DNA from: Vicugna vicugna
Lineage: Eukaryota
Length of the DNA: 64,000 bases
Assembly (NCBI GenBank): GCA_013265495.1
Contig: MU057711.1
Coordinates: 2,306,844 to 2,370,843 of the forward strand
Direction: 5' to 3'
The notes under the pieces are model-generated. The model had not been told where the DNA came from, did no database searches, and was given only the letters and a program-made list of their open reading frames with translations. The position numbers and the translations under genes are program-made. Shown piece after piece: positions 38,865 through 50,066 of the stretch; position 1 is the stretch's first letter, and the number at the start of each line of letters is the position of its first letter.

Positions 38865-40525
38865 ATAAGTAGTTCATTTGTGTCCCTTTTTTTTTTTGAA
38901 AGATTCCGCATATAAGTGATATCATATGGCATTTTTCTCTTTCTGGCCCACTTCACTTAGAATGGTGATCTCCAGGTCCATTCATGTTGCTGCAAATGGC
39001 ATTATTTTATTCTTTTACGGCTGAATAGTGTTCCATTGTGTGTATGTGTATATATATAAGGGTGCATGTATCTTTTGGAATTTTATTTTTCTCTAGTATA
39101 TGTTCAGGAGTGGGATTGCTGGATCATGTGGTAAGTCTATTTTTAGTTTTTTAAGGAACCTCAATACTGTCTTCCATAGTGGCTGCACCAATATACACTC
39201 CCACCGGCAGTGTAGGAGGGTTCCCTTTTCTCCACACCTTCTCCAGCATCTATCATTAGTAGACTTTTTAACAATGGCCATTCTGGCTGGTGTGAGGTGA
39301 TACATCATTGTAGTTTTTATCTGCATTTCTCTGACAATTAGTGATGCTGAGCATTTTTTCATGTGACTGTTGGCCATTTGTATGTCTTGCTTTGTCAAGC
39401 ATTGGAGAATTGCTTGTTTAGGTCTTCTGCCCATTTTTGGATTGGGTTGCTTGTTTTGTTGATATTAAGGTGTATGAGCTGTTTGTATATTTTGGAAATT
39501 AGTCCCTTGTCGGTCACATCATTTGCAAATATTTTTTCCCATTCTGTAGGTTGTCTTTTTGTTTTGTTGATATATCCTTAGCTGTGCAAAAGCTTTTAAG
39601 TTTAATTAGATCCCATTTGCCTATTTTTGCTTTTATTTCCATTACTCTGGGAGCTGGTTCAAAAAATATATTCTGTGATTTATGTCTGAGAGTGTTCTGC
39701 CTATATTTTCCTCTAGGAGTTTTATAGTATCTGGTCTTACATTTAGGTCTTTAATCCATTTTGAGTTTATTTCTGTACATGGTATTAGGGAATGTTCTAA
39801 TTTCATTCTTTTTTTTTTTTACATTTTTTATTGATTCATAATCATTTTACAGTGTTGTGTCAAATTCCAGTGTTCAGCACAATTTTTCAGTCATTCATGG
39901 ACATATACACACTCATTATCACATTTTTTTCTCTGTGATTTATCATAACATTTTGTGTGTATTTCCCTGTGCTATACAGTGTAATCTAATTTCATTCTTT
40001 TACATGTAGCTGTCCCGTTTTCCCAGCACCACTTATTGAAGAGACTGTCTTTTCTCCATTGTATATTCTTGCCCCCATTGTCATAGATTAATTGACCATA
40101 TGTGTGTGAGTTTATTTCTGGACTTTCTATCCTGTTCCATTGATCTATGTGTCTGTTTTTTTGCCAGTACCATACTGTTTTGATTACCGTAGCTTTGTAG
40201 TATAGTCTGAAGTCAGGGAGTGTGATTCCTCCAGCTCCATTCTTCTTTTTCAAGATTGTTTTGGCTATTAGGGGTCTTTTGTGTTTCCATACAAATTTTA
40301 ACTTTTTTTGTTCCAGCTCTGTGAAGAATGTCGTTGGTAATTTGATAGGGACTGCATTGAATCTGTAAATTGCCTTGGGCAGTATGGCCATTTTAACAAT
40401 ACTGATTCTTTCAGTCCAAGAATGCAGTATATCTTTCCATTTGTTTATGTCATCTTCAATTTCTTCATCAGTGTCTCAGTTTTCAGAGTACAAGTCTTTT
40501 GCCTCCTTGGGTAGGCTTATTCCTA
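38865..40525 (-). mobile_element. 5'-truncated LINE-1 (ORF2 C-terminal half), interrupted by a nested insert
   Basis: ORF2 peptides [19 protein letters not shown]...[19 protein letters not shown]...[12 protein letters not shown] and [11 protein letters not shown]...[10 protein letters not shown]. Confidence 0.95.
39813..39984 (-). mobile_element. 172-bp L1 3'-end inserted inside the older L1, 17-bp TSD
   Basis: TSD TCTAATTTCATTCTTTT at 39796-39812 and 39985-40001. The insert is homologous to 22202-22370, and removing it restores the ORF2 frame [10 protein letters not shown]. Confidence 0.9.
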
Positions 40526-40547
40526 CCCAGTGCAGGAGGTAAGACTA

Positions 40548-40685
40548 TTTTTGGTGGGGAGGGTAACTAGATTTATCTATTTTTATCTATTTATTTTTTT
40601 AATGGAGATACTGGGGATTGGACCCAGGACCCAGGACCTCATGCATGCTAGGCATGTGCTCTACCACTGAGCCATACCATCCCCC
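40548..40685 (-). mobile_element. tRNA-derived SINE (Vic-1-like), antisense
   Basis: Reverse complement reads ...TGGCTCAGTGGTAGAGCACATGCCTAGCATGCATGAGGTCCTGGG...CAATCCCCAGTA plus an A-rich tail. Confidence 0.9.
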
Positions 40686-43600
40686 AGGAATTCAGACTTA
40701 AACCTAAGTCCTTCTGGCCCTCTCCAGGGCAGTGGCTACTCTTGATTGTATCTGCTATCCCCAGTGGACCCATCGTCTGGGTGGGCCATGGGAAGCCCAC
40801 TGCCCTGCCATCCTGGGCAGGGCCAGCGCCGCGTGAGGTCTCTGAAGGCCGGCTAGACTTCCGCTTTCTGTTCTTCCTACTGAGGGGAAAGGGGTAAGGA
40901 GTGAAGCACGGGCATGAAAGCATTTTCCTTCTAAAGAGGAACTTAGTGAGGGTAGTACTTAAGGAATGACTCACTAATGATGGGATTTCAGGCAAGAGTT
41001 GGGGGAAATATCGCTATCTAGTCAATGCTAGGCCCTAGCTGATTGGTCAGTCAGTTAATAAACACTGTTGCCTGAACACACTGAGGCAGAGCCCTTGTAG
41101 ACACCTGGGGGAAGGGAGCACTGAGGTGTCTGCCTTCTGAAAGCTTGTGGCTGGAGCTGCTTCCCTTTTAGGAGCCTGGCCTGGTGCCTGGCAGACAGAA
41201 GGTGTTGGTGCACATCTGCTGAGGGAATGAACGCATGAATCCTTCTTAAGCTGAATGAATGACTGGATGAACTCTTCCCAGGCAGTCACTAACCATCATT
41301 AGAACTGGCACAGGAGACAGGAAACCAAATTTATTATCCCTGGCAGCTGGAGCTTTGGGGGTGAGAGCTGACAAGGTGTCTGTGTTTTAGAGGAGAGACC
41401 TACTAGGGTAATGCTTACTGCAGAGGAAAAGTGGAAGGGAGAAGTTCAGGAACAAATGTAACGCCCTACCCCAGCCCTAGATCTAGCCCTCTGGGGCCAG
41501 GTGACGACACGCAGGCTTTTCAGCTTTTCCTCCGTTCTTGTTTTATGATTCAGCCTCCACTCCCCGCCCAGCCTCAGAGTTCTGACATAGCCACTCCTTT
41601 ACAAGAGGGGAAGCCGAGGCCCAGACCAGGTACGGGTCGCAGAGCATGTTGGTGGCAGAGCTGGGGCTGGAACACAGGTCTCTGGACCCCGATACTGAGT
41701 GGCAGCCTGTGGTCCCGGGGGTTAGGGTAGAGTCAGCCTGGGGGTCCTTGGGGAGCAGGGCTGGCTGGGGGCATAATTATGCTGTTGTGGCTGTTTCCCC
41801 TGCCTGGTGGCCTTACAGACTGTCCAGGCTGTGGGGAGATATCGAGTCCTTGGGGGCTCTGCCTTTTTGCACTCTGTCTGTCCTGTTGGGGCTTCCTGGT
41901 TGGGCTTCCCCAGCTCTAGGAATTGCCCCTTCGTTCTGGGCTCATTTGCTGTTTTATCCTCACAAACTTGGCCTGTCAGTTGTGAGGACCTGCGCCTCAC
42001 TCTCCCCCCAGCTTGGGTATCAGCACCCCAGTTTACCGATGAGGAAATTGAGGCCCAGAGTGTGAGAGACTTTGCCATTCATATGGCCAAGGGTAGCAGA
42101 GATGGGATGTGAACCCAGCCTCCTCCCTCCCTGGTACAGCTTACCTGGGGAAAGGTGTGATGCAGCAGGTGCTTCCTGTTCTGAGAGAGACCCTTTCATC
42201 TGGTTTCATCCTCTTCTACTCAGCCTCTTCGCCTTCCTCACCAAAGCTGCCCTGCCTGCTTTTCCCCACCTTTCTGCCCAGTTCAGGATTGTAGCTGGTT
42301 GACTCACCCCTCTATCCACCAGTCCCACAAGCATCAGCTGGGCCCCAGCTGCAGGACACAGACACAGAGCCCACAACAGCTGGGTGAGCAGTTGCTGGGA
42401 TGTTTGACAGGTGTCTTGGAGCGGAGACATGCCTGAGAGAGAAGGGTGTTGGGGGGGAGGTCAGGCCCTGGCATGAGCTAAGGCGTGGAGAGGCCCTTAG
42501 CCCTTGAGGTTTCCTGGGTGCCCCTTTGTGCCAGGCCTGGGCTGGGCAGAGCAACTGCTGGCTCTCCTTCACAGAGATGCAGGTCCCTGAGGGAGGTGGC
42601 ACTAACTGAGACTCCCTCAGCAAAGGAAAAATCTGCCAGTGACCCAGCCCACCAAGCGCTGGGTAGGCCTGGTGGGTGAGACTGTGCTTGTGGGTTCCTG
42701 GGGGCAGCAGTGTGGTCACCTGAGTGGGGTATGGGCACAGGGTCCACCCTGAGTGGGGCCTCTCCTCTCCTTAGGCTTGCCTGCCCCACCCCCACCCCCC
42801 AAGGCCTCACTTCCCCTTTCTCGGGCTGGTACAGCTCCGGGCCTGCCAGGGCAGGGTCAAAGGAAACCAGACTGGGTTCCTGCCAGTACTGCTTGGGTGA
42901 GGAAGTGGGTACTCTGTCTGTGTCTGTGAAAGCTGGGGTGGACTAGACTCCCCCAGGGGTGTGGTGGGGCTGGGGCTGCTGCCAGATCAGCCGGTTCTGC
43001 TGGAAAAGGATTTCCTGAGCACCCCTGAGGGCCCAGCTTTGCAGTCATAATTTGAGGTCCCAGCCCCCTATTTCCAGCAGTTCTTCTGGCTGAGAAACTT
43101 GGAATCTTCCCATCAGTATTTGGCAAGAAGACCCCAGTCCTGTCTTGGTTGCAAAGAAGGGAGAAGGTGGTATATGTGGGTAGCTCAGAGGGCTTCCTGG
43201 AGGAAGAGGCCCTCCTGGATCTTGCTGGCTGCGAGGAGGCTCCCTGGCACGGTTGCCTGACCTTGCCTCTCTAAGGCAGAGGGAGTTTCCTTGATGAGGT
43301 CCACTTTGTCCCCACCCTCTGCCCTTGGCCTTGAGGAGGGAGGGCAGGAAGGGGTTGGCATTTTGAGATGTTACATGTTCTGTGGATGTCAGCACCATGC
43401 AGGTGAAGGGCAGGACCCTGGATGACCTGTATTCACCCTGTATTCTCTCTTTTACTAGCTGTGTGACCTTGGGCAAGTGATTGAATCTCTCTGTGCCTCA
43501 TTCCCACATCCATAAAACAGACGCAGTAGTCATCCTCACCTATGGGACAGGGGTGTGGATTTAAAGAGACTACAGTGCTGGGCATGCAGTAAGCACTCAG

Positions 43601-44089
43601 TAGATTTTGTTTAGGGCATCATTTTCCCCACTCAATCACAGCCTCTGGGACTCCAGGGGCTCAGAGCCCACCAGGACAGCATGTGGAAGAGAAGCTTGAT
43701 TCCCTTGGTATCAGTTTCTCCCTAAGCATACCCTGGGCTCCCTAGTTCCTCCCACAGGGCCACTGGGGGTCACTGGAGGCCCCTGGAGAGGACTTGGGGA
43801 GCCCCCTGCCCTGCCTCCTGTGGCCCTGTGCCTCCTGCTGCCCTGCTGCCTGGGTCTTCTGTGGTCTGGCCTGGCCTGAGCTGTGCAGTCTGGGACACAG
43901 TGACAGAGGGGACATGGGGTGGGCATGGGGGGAGGGTTCCCCTCCCTGGCCCAGCCCCCTTGCAGGGGGTCTTAGCCAGGACTGGCTGCGTCTGCAGGGG
44001 TCTGCCCCCACCTCTGAGCTAACTCGCCCTGACTCTAGTCTCATCAAGGGGCCACGAGGGCTTTCTGGACACAGCAAACTGGGAGGCCC

Positions 44090-44520
44090 AACATGGACCT
44101 TGGGACTCTTGGTTGCAAGGGCCAGAAGCTCACACTGGCTTCAGCTGTGAGGTGCGTTGATTATCCCATACAAGTAAATGTCTGGGGGTCGCTTGAGCCC
44201 CTGGCAGAACTGGATCCAGGGGCTCAGGGGGTAGGTTCAGGACACTGTCTCTCTCCAGGTCTCTGCATGGGCTTTGGTCTCAGGTGGCCACTCAGGTGGC
44301 TGCTAGCAGCTCCAGAGCATCTCTTCCCCGTATCAACAGAAGTCCTAGGAAGGATTCTCACTGGCTTGGTTTTGGTCACATGTCCATCCTTGAACCAGTC
44401 GAGGGGGCTTGGGAGAGACTGTGCTGATGAGCCAGACCTGGGTCACATGGCCCCTGAACCAGGGGCTGAGAAGGGGGGAGAGGGCAGTGCCCAGCAAAAG
44501 CAGGAAACACCCTTCCAACT
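44090..44520. mobile_element. MaLR LTR remnant (MLT1K/L-like)
   Basis: ctcttggttgcaagggccagaagctcac...ttggtcacatgtccatccttgaaccagtc...cctgggtcacatg. Confidence 0.55.
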
Positions 44521-45951
44521 GGAACCCCTCTTCCGTGAGATGGGGCTGCTCTTCTGCCAGAGTTCTCGTGAGGTGTAAGTGACAGTGAAGGAACCCTGGG
44601 ACCAGTCCCCCCAGGTGAAGGGGCCTCAGTGCCTCTGCTCTTGGTTTTTGGAGTTCAGACAAGGCAAGCGGGGTGGGGGTGAGGGAGCGATTGGCAGACT
44701 TAGCTTGACCTCAGGGAGGACTTACAGCCAGAGTGGTGCCCAGTGCTGGGAAGACTGCCCTGAGAGATGATGAGCTCCGCGTCACTGAGGCATGCTGGCT
44801 GAGGCTGCAGGAGCATTTGTTGGAGATGTGGCAAAGGAGTTCCTTCATCCAGGGCTTCAGACGGGCCCTCCCAGTTGCCAGCTGAGTTGGCAAGAAGAAC
44901 TGGTGATGGGACAGAGGGACACTGAAACTGTCCCTAGCAGAGGGGGCCTCTGGGTCTCATTTTGAGGGTGGCTCCTGGAGAGGGGCTGGTTCTGTGGAGA
45001 TGCCTGTTGGTGCTGGGTCATCTCCAGGAGGGAGAAATGCAGTCTTTCCTCCCTGCCCTGCCTTGTGCTGCTCTGTTTGTTCCAGCAGCTGGACGAGGTC
45101 CCTGGGTGTGCTGAAGTCCCTATGTCCGGTGCTGTCCAGTTCTGTCCATTGTCCACCTCCTGTCCTGCCTGCCGTTGCCCAGGAAGTGGCCTAATTAGAT
45201 CACTGAGAGGAGTGTTTACCAGGCCTGGATTCCCACAGACCCTCGGGAACATTTTGCCAGGTCCTTTTCTCTCCATGCCTGGCTCAGCCAGGTTTTGTGT
45301 GCCTGGAAGGGCAGGTCGGCATCTGGGGATGAAAGGCTATGAGGTGCGCGTGTGCTTGTGCATGTCCTGGCTGTGCCCAGTTCTGGCCTCGGAGCTTTGC
45401 CTAGGGGATGGAGCAGCTGTGGGGCGTTGCCCTGGCCCCTTGGGGTTTGGGATTTCCCAGCCTGGCAGTCCTTGTGCACTGGTGTTTGGCATCTGGCCAG
45501 AGGGACAGGCAGTGTTGTGTATACTTTGGGCAACTGGTTCAGTCCCCAGGAGCTGCTGCTTCTGGAAGGAGCTCCGTGGGGAAGTCTTTCTCAGTTCAGT
45601 GAGACAGCGAGATTGGGCCGAGAAGCCCTGGTTTGGGAGCTGGCTGACCTGCCTAGGTTTGAGTCCCAGCCCTTCTACCAACCAGCTCCAGCTGTGTGAT
45701 CGTAGTCAAGTCACTCTACCTCTTTGGATTCACTTCTGTGTCTGTAAAATGGCTGTGACACCTTGGCCTTAGCAGGCTGTGAGGGGGAGAGTAGAGATGT
45801 GTGTGTGTGTGCAGGCACCTGGTGGGACAGCATTACAGCTGTTCTAGGGGTGCCCTGGAGTGGGGGCTTCTCAGGGCGGGGGTCTTCTCTTATTTTGTGA
45901 ACTCTTCAGCACAGGGCTGGTCCTACATCATTAGTGCTCAAAAAATGCCTC

Positions 45952-46055
45952 GGAAGGGTGGGAATAGCTCAGTGGTAGAGCACGTGCTCAGCATGCAGAA
46001 GGCCCTGGGTTCAATCCCCAGTACCTCCACTAAAAGATTAGTTTAAAAAATGTTT
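45952..46055 (+). mobile_element. tRNA-derived SINE (Vic-1-like), short form
   Basis: A box TAGCTCAGTGG, B box GGTTCAATCCC, 11-bp TSD AAAAATGCCTC at 45941-45951 and 46056-46066. Confidence 0.9.
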
Positions 46056-47485
46056 AAAAATGCCTCTTGTGGAACAAAGACTGGTAGGTGTAGATTTAGA
46101 GGTGGCACTCTAACGAGTAGGCTGCACCACTCAAATTTTAAAATTTAGCTGCCAGCATTTGAAAATTTGTGTTTTATGTAGGAAACAGATTTGTAGCTTG
46201 TCCAAGCACTTTGGACACTTTGGCAGCCCTGGCCCAACCCCCCAGGGTTGCCTGGATTAAACAGGTAGTTGCCCAGGCTTGTGGACACCTGCCTGGGCCT
46301 AGAGGGAGCAGAGGGGCCAGAACTTCGGGCAAACGGCCCCTTGCTCCTCTCTCAAACACGTATTTTTTTCCATTTTGTCCCTGGGATTTGTGGAGTAGGA
46401 GCTCCCAGATGGAATAGTGCTGCAGGTGGCTTCTGGATGTGAGGTGGCCCTGGGTTACCCAAGGCAGCTGGCATTCCCTGGGGGGGGGCTTCACTCAGTT
46501 ACTGTGACTCTGAGTACCCCACTATTCTGCCTTTGGGGGCTCTGGACTGACTTTCCATTGCAGCTTCCACAGGTGGTTATTTGCATCCTTTGTAATTGCC
46601 CTGAGCTTCCTCATGTCTTACTGTCTCCCTGCCCTCTGCCACCTGCCCTGTCCTGGTTCGTATCTCTGAGGCAGGCCAGGAGGATGTCGAGGGGGTGCTG
46701 GATTCCCCATCCAGGGCTGCTCTCTTGACACAAAGTTCCCCCTGGGAATGTGGCAGCCACCCCAAGCCCCAGTTGCTGCATGTAGGGAATGCACATTTTT
46801 GGGTAACTTTCTCTCCCTGGAGACTGGGAGCCCTAGAGAGGGAGAGAGAGCCAGCCTGGCACACAGGAGGTATAGTGGGCCTGGTGTGCCACAGGCATGA
46901 TTAACAATCCTTTTGGGAATAAATGAATGAGCAAATAAATGAATGGTGCTGTGCAAAGAAGGAGCCCCTCTGGGCTGAGCATCAAAAGCCTGGGGTCTGC
47001 TCTCAACTTCGTCGTAAAAGGTCCATCCACTGTATTCTTCTCTGAGGTTCAGGTTCTTTTTCTATGAAGCAGTGCTTGAAAACATCTTAAATTCTCGTTA
47101 CTGAGCCCTTTTTATAAAATTTCAGTCTTACGTGGAAGTGTAACATAATATGAATGCAAGGGGGATGCTCTGGGTGAAGGAGGCATTAGAGTCTGAGACA
47201 CAGGACTCACTGAAAAGCCCCAGTCATTGAGTGAATGTGGTCTTTGCATGAGGACCATTGGAACAGAAGAAAACCTGCAAACAGAATTCACATGCACAGT
47301 CACTTGACTTAGGACAAAGGTGGCTCCACTGAAAGTCTTGATGGAAGGATTGTGGCTTCACTAAAAGCTGCTGGGATAATTAGATATCCATTCAGAAAAA
47401 AGAAAAGAAGCTTGATCCCTGCCTCACACCATACGTAAAAATTCCTTGAGATGCATCAGAGACCTACACTTGAAAGTAAAACAGT

Positions 47486-47719
47486 CAGTGCTGTTCAGTG
47501 GCAGCTTCTGGAAGACAGAAGGGGGCTGTATCTGCACTGCCCAATATGGTAGCCATTCTCTGCATGTGGCTGTTGAGCAGTTGAGATGTGACTGGTGTGG
47601 CTGAGGGACTGAATTTTTTATTTCACTTTAAATCAACTTGAGTTTAATTTTAAAGTTAAATTTAAGTTACTTTTAGGTAGCCATGAGTGGCTAGTGGCTA
47701 CCATGTTGGACAGTACAGT
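47486..47719. mobile_element. MER3-like hAT-Charlie element
   Basis: ctgcactgcccaatatggtagcca...gaattttt...gtggctagtggctaccatgttggacag. Confidence 0.8.
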
Positions 47720-47883
47720 TATAGGAAACACCAGGGAACTAGCCTTCTGACCTCAGGGTGGGCGGAATTTTAAACACGACCTAAGAGGTTTGGGTTCAGG
47801 TTGATAAATCAGACCTGGGGCTGTGAGGCCTGGCCCTGCTCTCCAGTCCAGGTCAAATCCTGGTTTGCTTTGTGTCTCTGCAG

Positions 47884-48148
47884 AGCGGAGGACCCCGTGT
47901 GTCTGTTGAATCGGTCCTGGATGCAAAGGAAGATGCCGTCGGTGCAGTGAGCGCAGCCCGGGAGCTGAGGCAGGGCAGGCCCCGCGTGCCCATGGAGCTG
48001 CAGGCTGAGGGGCCGCCTCCCCAGCCCCGCCTGCTGGGCTCGGAGAGGCTGGAGGCCTAGGCACATGGGGCGGGTGTCGGCAGACAGATGCTCCCCGGGC
48101 CCCAGGGTGTCCTGAGTGGACTGCTGGGCAGCGTACCAAAGGTGGAGG
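47884..48148 (+). other. ADCY7: 5' UTR portion of the ADCY7 ATG-containing exon
   Basis: Acceptor ggtttgctttgtgtctctgcag| at 47883, 265 nt upstream of the ATG. Confidence 0.75.
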
Positions 48149-48319
48149 ATGCCGACCAAGGGGCGCTACTTCCTCAACGAGGGCGGGGAGGGCCCCGACC
48201 AGGATGCACTCTACGAGAAGTACCGTCTCACCAGCCAGCACGGGCCGCTGCTGCTCACGCTCCTGCTGGTGGCTGTCACTGCCTGCATCGCCCTTATCGT
48301 CATCGCCTTCAGCTATGGG
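48149..48319 (+). CDS. ADCY7: ADCY7 coding exon 1 (aa 1-57, N-terminus and TM1)
   Basis: MPTKGRYFLNEGGEGPDQDALYEKYRLTSQHGPLLLTLLLV...; donor GGG|gtacgt, phase 0. Confidence 0.97.
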
Positions 48320-48751
48320 GTACGTGAGGGCAGCCGTGGGCAGCACAGGCTCCTCTGGGCTTAGCTCTGATGCTTTGTACCTGTGAGGCCTTGGGCAAGC
48401 CTCTGTCTTCTTTAAGCCTGAGTTTCTGCAGCTGTGAAGTGCTGTGGGGAATACTTAGGCTGGAGGAAGACACATTTTTTATTTTTATTTTTAAGTCTGG
48501 AAGTGGTTTTAGATGTGACATTAATCTGGCCAAATAAATTACCCTCACTTTTCTCCACAATGAACTTTGATTCTATTGAAGGCCTAGGTCAGGGCTGGCC
48601 TGTGTGTCATTGCTGCCACTTCCAGTACCATGGCAGACATCATGAATCAATCCCCGCACTCCTTCTTCCGGATCCTGGCTGTGGTCTCAGAATCCTTCTC
48701 ATCACAGCTATTGAGGCAGACGCCACTAATATCATCTCTGATCTAGGCCTC

Positions 48752-48907
48752 GCCCTGCTACAGCCATTCCTTGTGTGTGGCTGTTGAGCACTTGACATGT
48801 GGCTAGTATGACCAAGGAACTGAATTTTTAACTTTATTTTTAATTAGTGGAAACTTAATTTTGAATAGGTGCATGTAGCTAGTGGCTACTGTGTGGGACA
48901 GTAAAGT
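48752..48907. mobile_element. MER3-like hAT-Charlie element (second copy)
   Basis: gtggctgttgagcacttgacatgtggctag...gaactgaattttt...tagtggctactgtgtgggacag. Confidence 0.75.
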
Positions 48908-49408
48908 TCTAGAAGAGGACATCAGAGACTAGAGGGTGTTGGCAGGGTGATAGGTGTAAGGGGGCCAGCACCCAGTAGGTGCCCTGTCAGTGCTGCCTGT
49001 TTCTCTGTGGATATAAACCCAAGGACATTTGTTCCGTCACTCAGCACATAGGTGCTAAGCACCCACTGCGTGCTGGCCCCCCAGTCAGTCTGTCTGCATG
49101 GAGTTCAGGGGCCCCTGGGGGAAACCAGGTGCTGTTCAGCTGAGAATCATCTTTCCTGTTATCCCCCGTCCCCCTAGTGTCACCTCTGTACCCTTCCTCA
49201 GCTTTTCCCCTGTCTGGGACACCTTTGGGCATTATTTCCTCAAATAATCATTCATTCTTTAAGAGTCAGGATCAGTGGCCTCTCCTCCAGGAGGCTTTGC
49301 TCCTGTGCTCTTGCACCTGTCCCCTGCAGGTGTGCACAGAGCCCCTGGGAATCCGGGGAGGCCTGATGGAGGGGAGTGGGGAGGGAGAGCATCACAGGGC
49401 TGGGATGA

Positions 49409-49574
49409 GCTGGGAAGGATGCTTAGGAACCTGCAGGCAACTGGGGAAAGGTGGTGGTGAAGGCGCCCCTAGTAGAGGCAACAGCACAAAGCTTGAGGTA
49501 AGAAAGAACCTGATGTTTAGAGGGAGGTTGGACACCACGCATGTGAAGGAAGCCACAGGTGACCCTGCTCAGGG
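49409..49574 (+). repeat. Direct repeat copy A (~165 bp) upstream of coding exon 2
   Basis: About 93% identical to 50067-50231 by manual alignment (~10 substitutions, 1 indel). Confidence 0.95.
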
Positions 49575-49665
49575 GCCGGGTAGGCTAACCTGGCAGGCTT
49601 TCTGGAGGAGGTGGCACCCCAGTGGGGAGTGCCATGGCATTTCTGTGTATGTTTGCCCCACCCAG

Positions 49666-49869
49666 GAACCCTCGGAACACCAGGCTGTCCTGGGGACGGC
49701 GTTCTTGGCACTTGCTGTGTTTGTGGCTCTCTACGTGCTGGTGTATGTTGAATGTCTCGTCCGGCAGTGGCTCCGGGCCTCGGCGCTGCTCGTCTGGGCC
49801 TGCCTTGTGACACTGGGCTACGTGCTGGTGTTCGATGCATGGATGAAGAAGGCCTGTGCATGGGAGCAG
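49666..49869 (+). CDS. ADCY7: ADCY7 coding exon 2 (204 nt, TM segments)
   Basis: cccag|EPSEHQAVLGTAFLAL...ACAWEQ|gtaaca; phase 0-0. Confidence 0.96.
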
Positions 49870-50066
49870 GTAACAGGGCGGGGCCCTAGCATCCCTGGGG
49901 AGTTGGATGCCTCCAGCCAGTTGTGCACCTAGTAACTCCTGGCCTCTCTGGAAGTCAGGTCCCTCTGGAGCCCGGGTCTGCATTGGGTGTGCCAGCCACG
50001 GGCCCTTCCCTCTCTGCGGGCTGTGGCTCTTTGGCTGAGGATGGCCCTGGGCTGGGCTTGGGCTGG

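Noticed and set aside
39972..40391. Intact 139-aa ORF as a possible domesticated gene
   Set aside because: A plain L1 ORF2 fragment of a truncated element, ending inside a nested insert.
45952..46030. tRNA-like sequences (also at 38700 and 40680)
   Set aside because: A-rich tails and TSDs show they are SINE heads, not tRNA genes.
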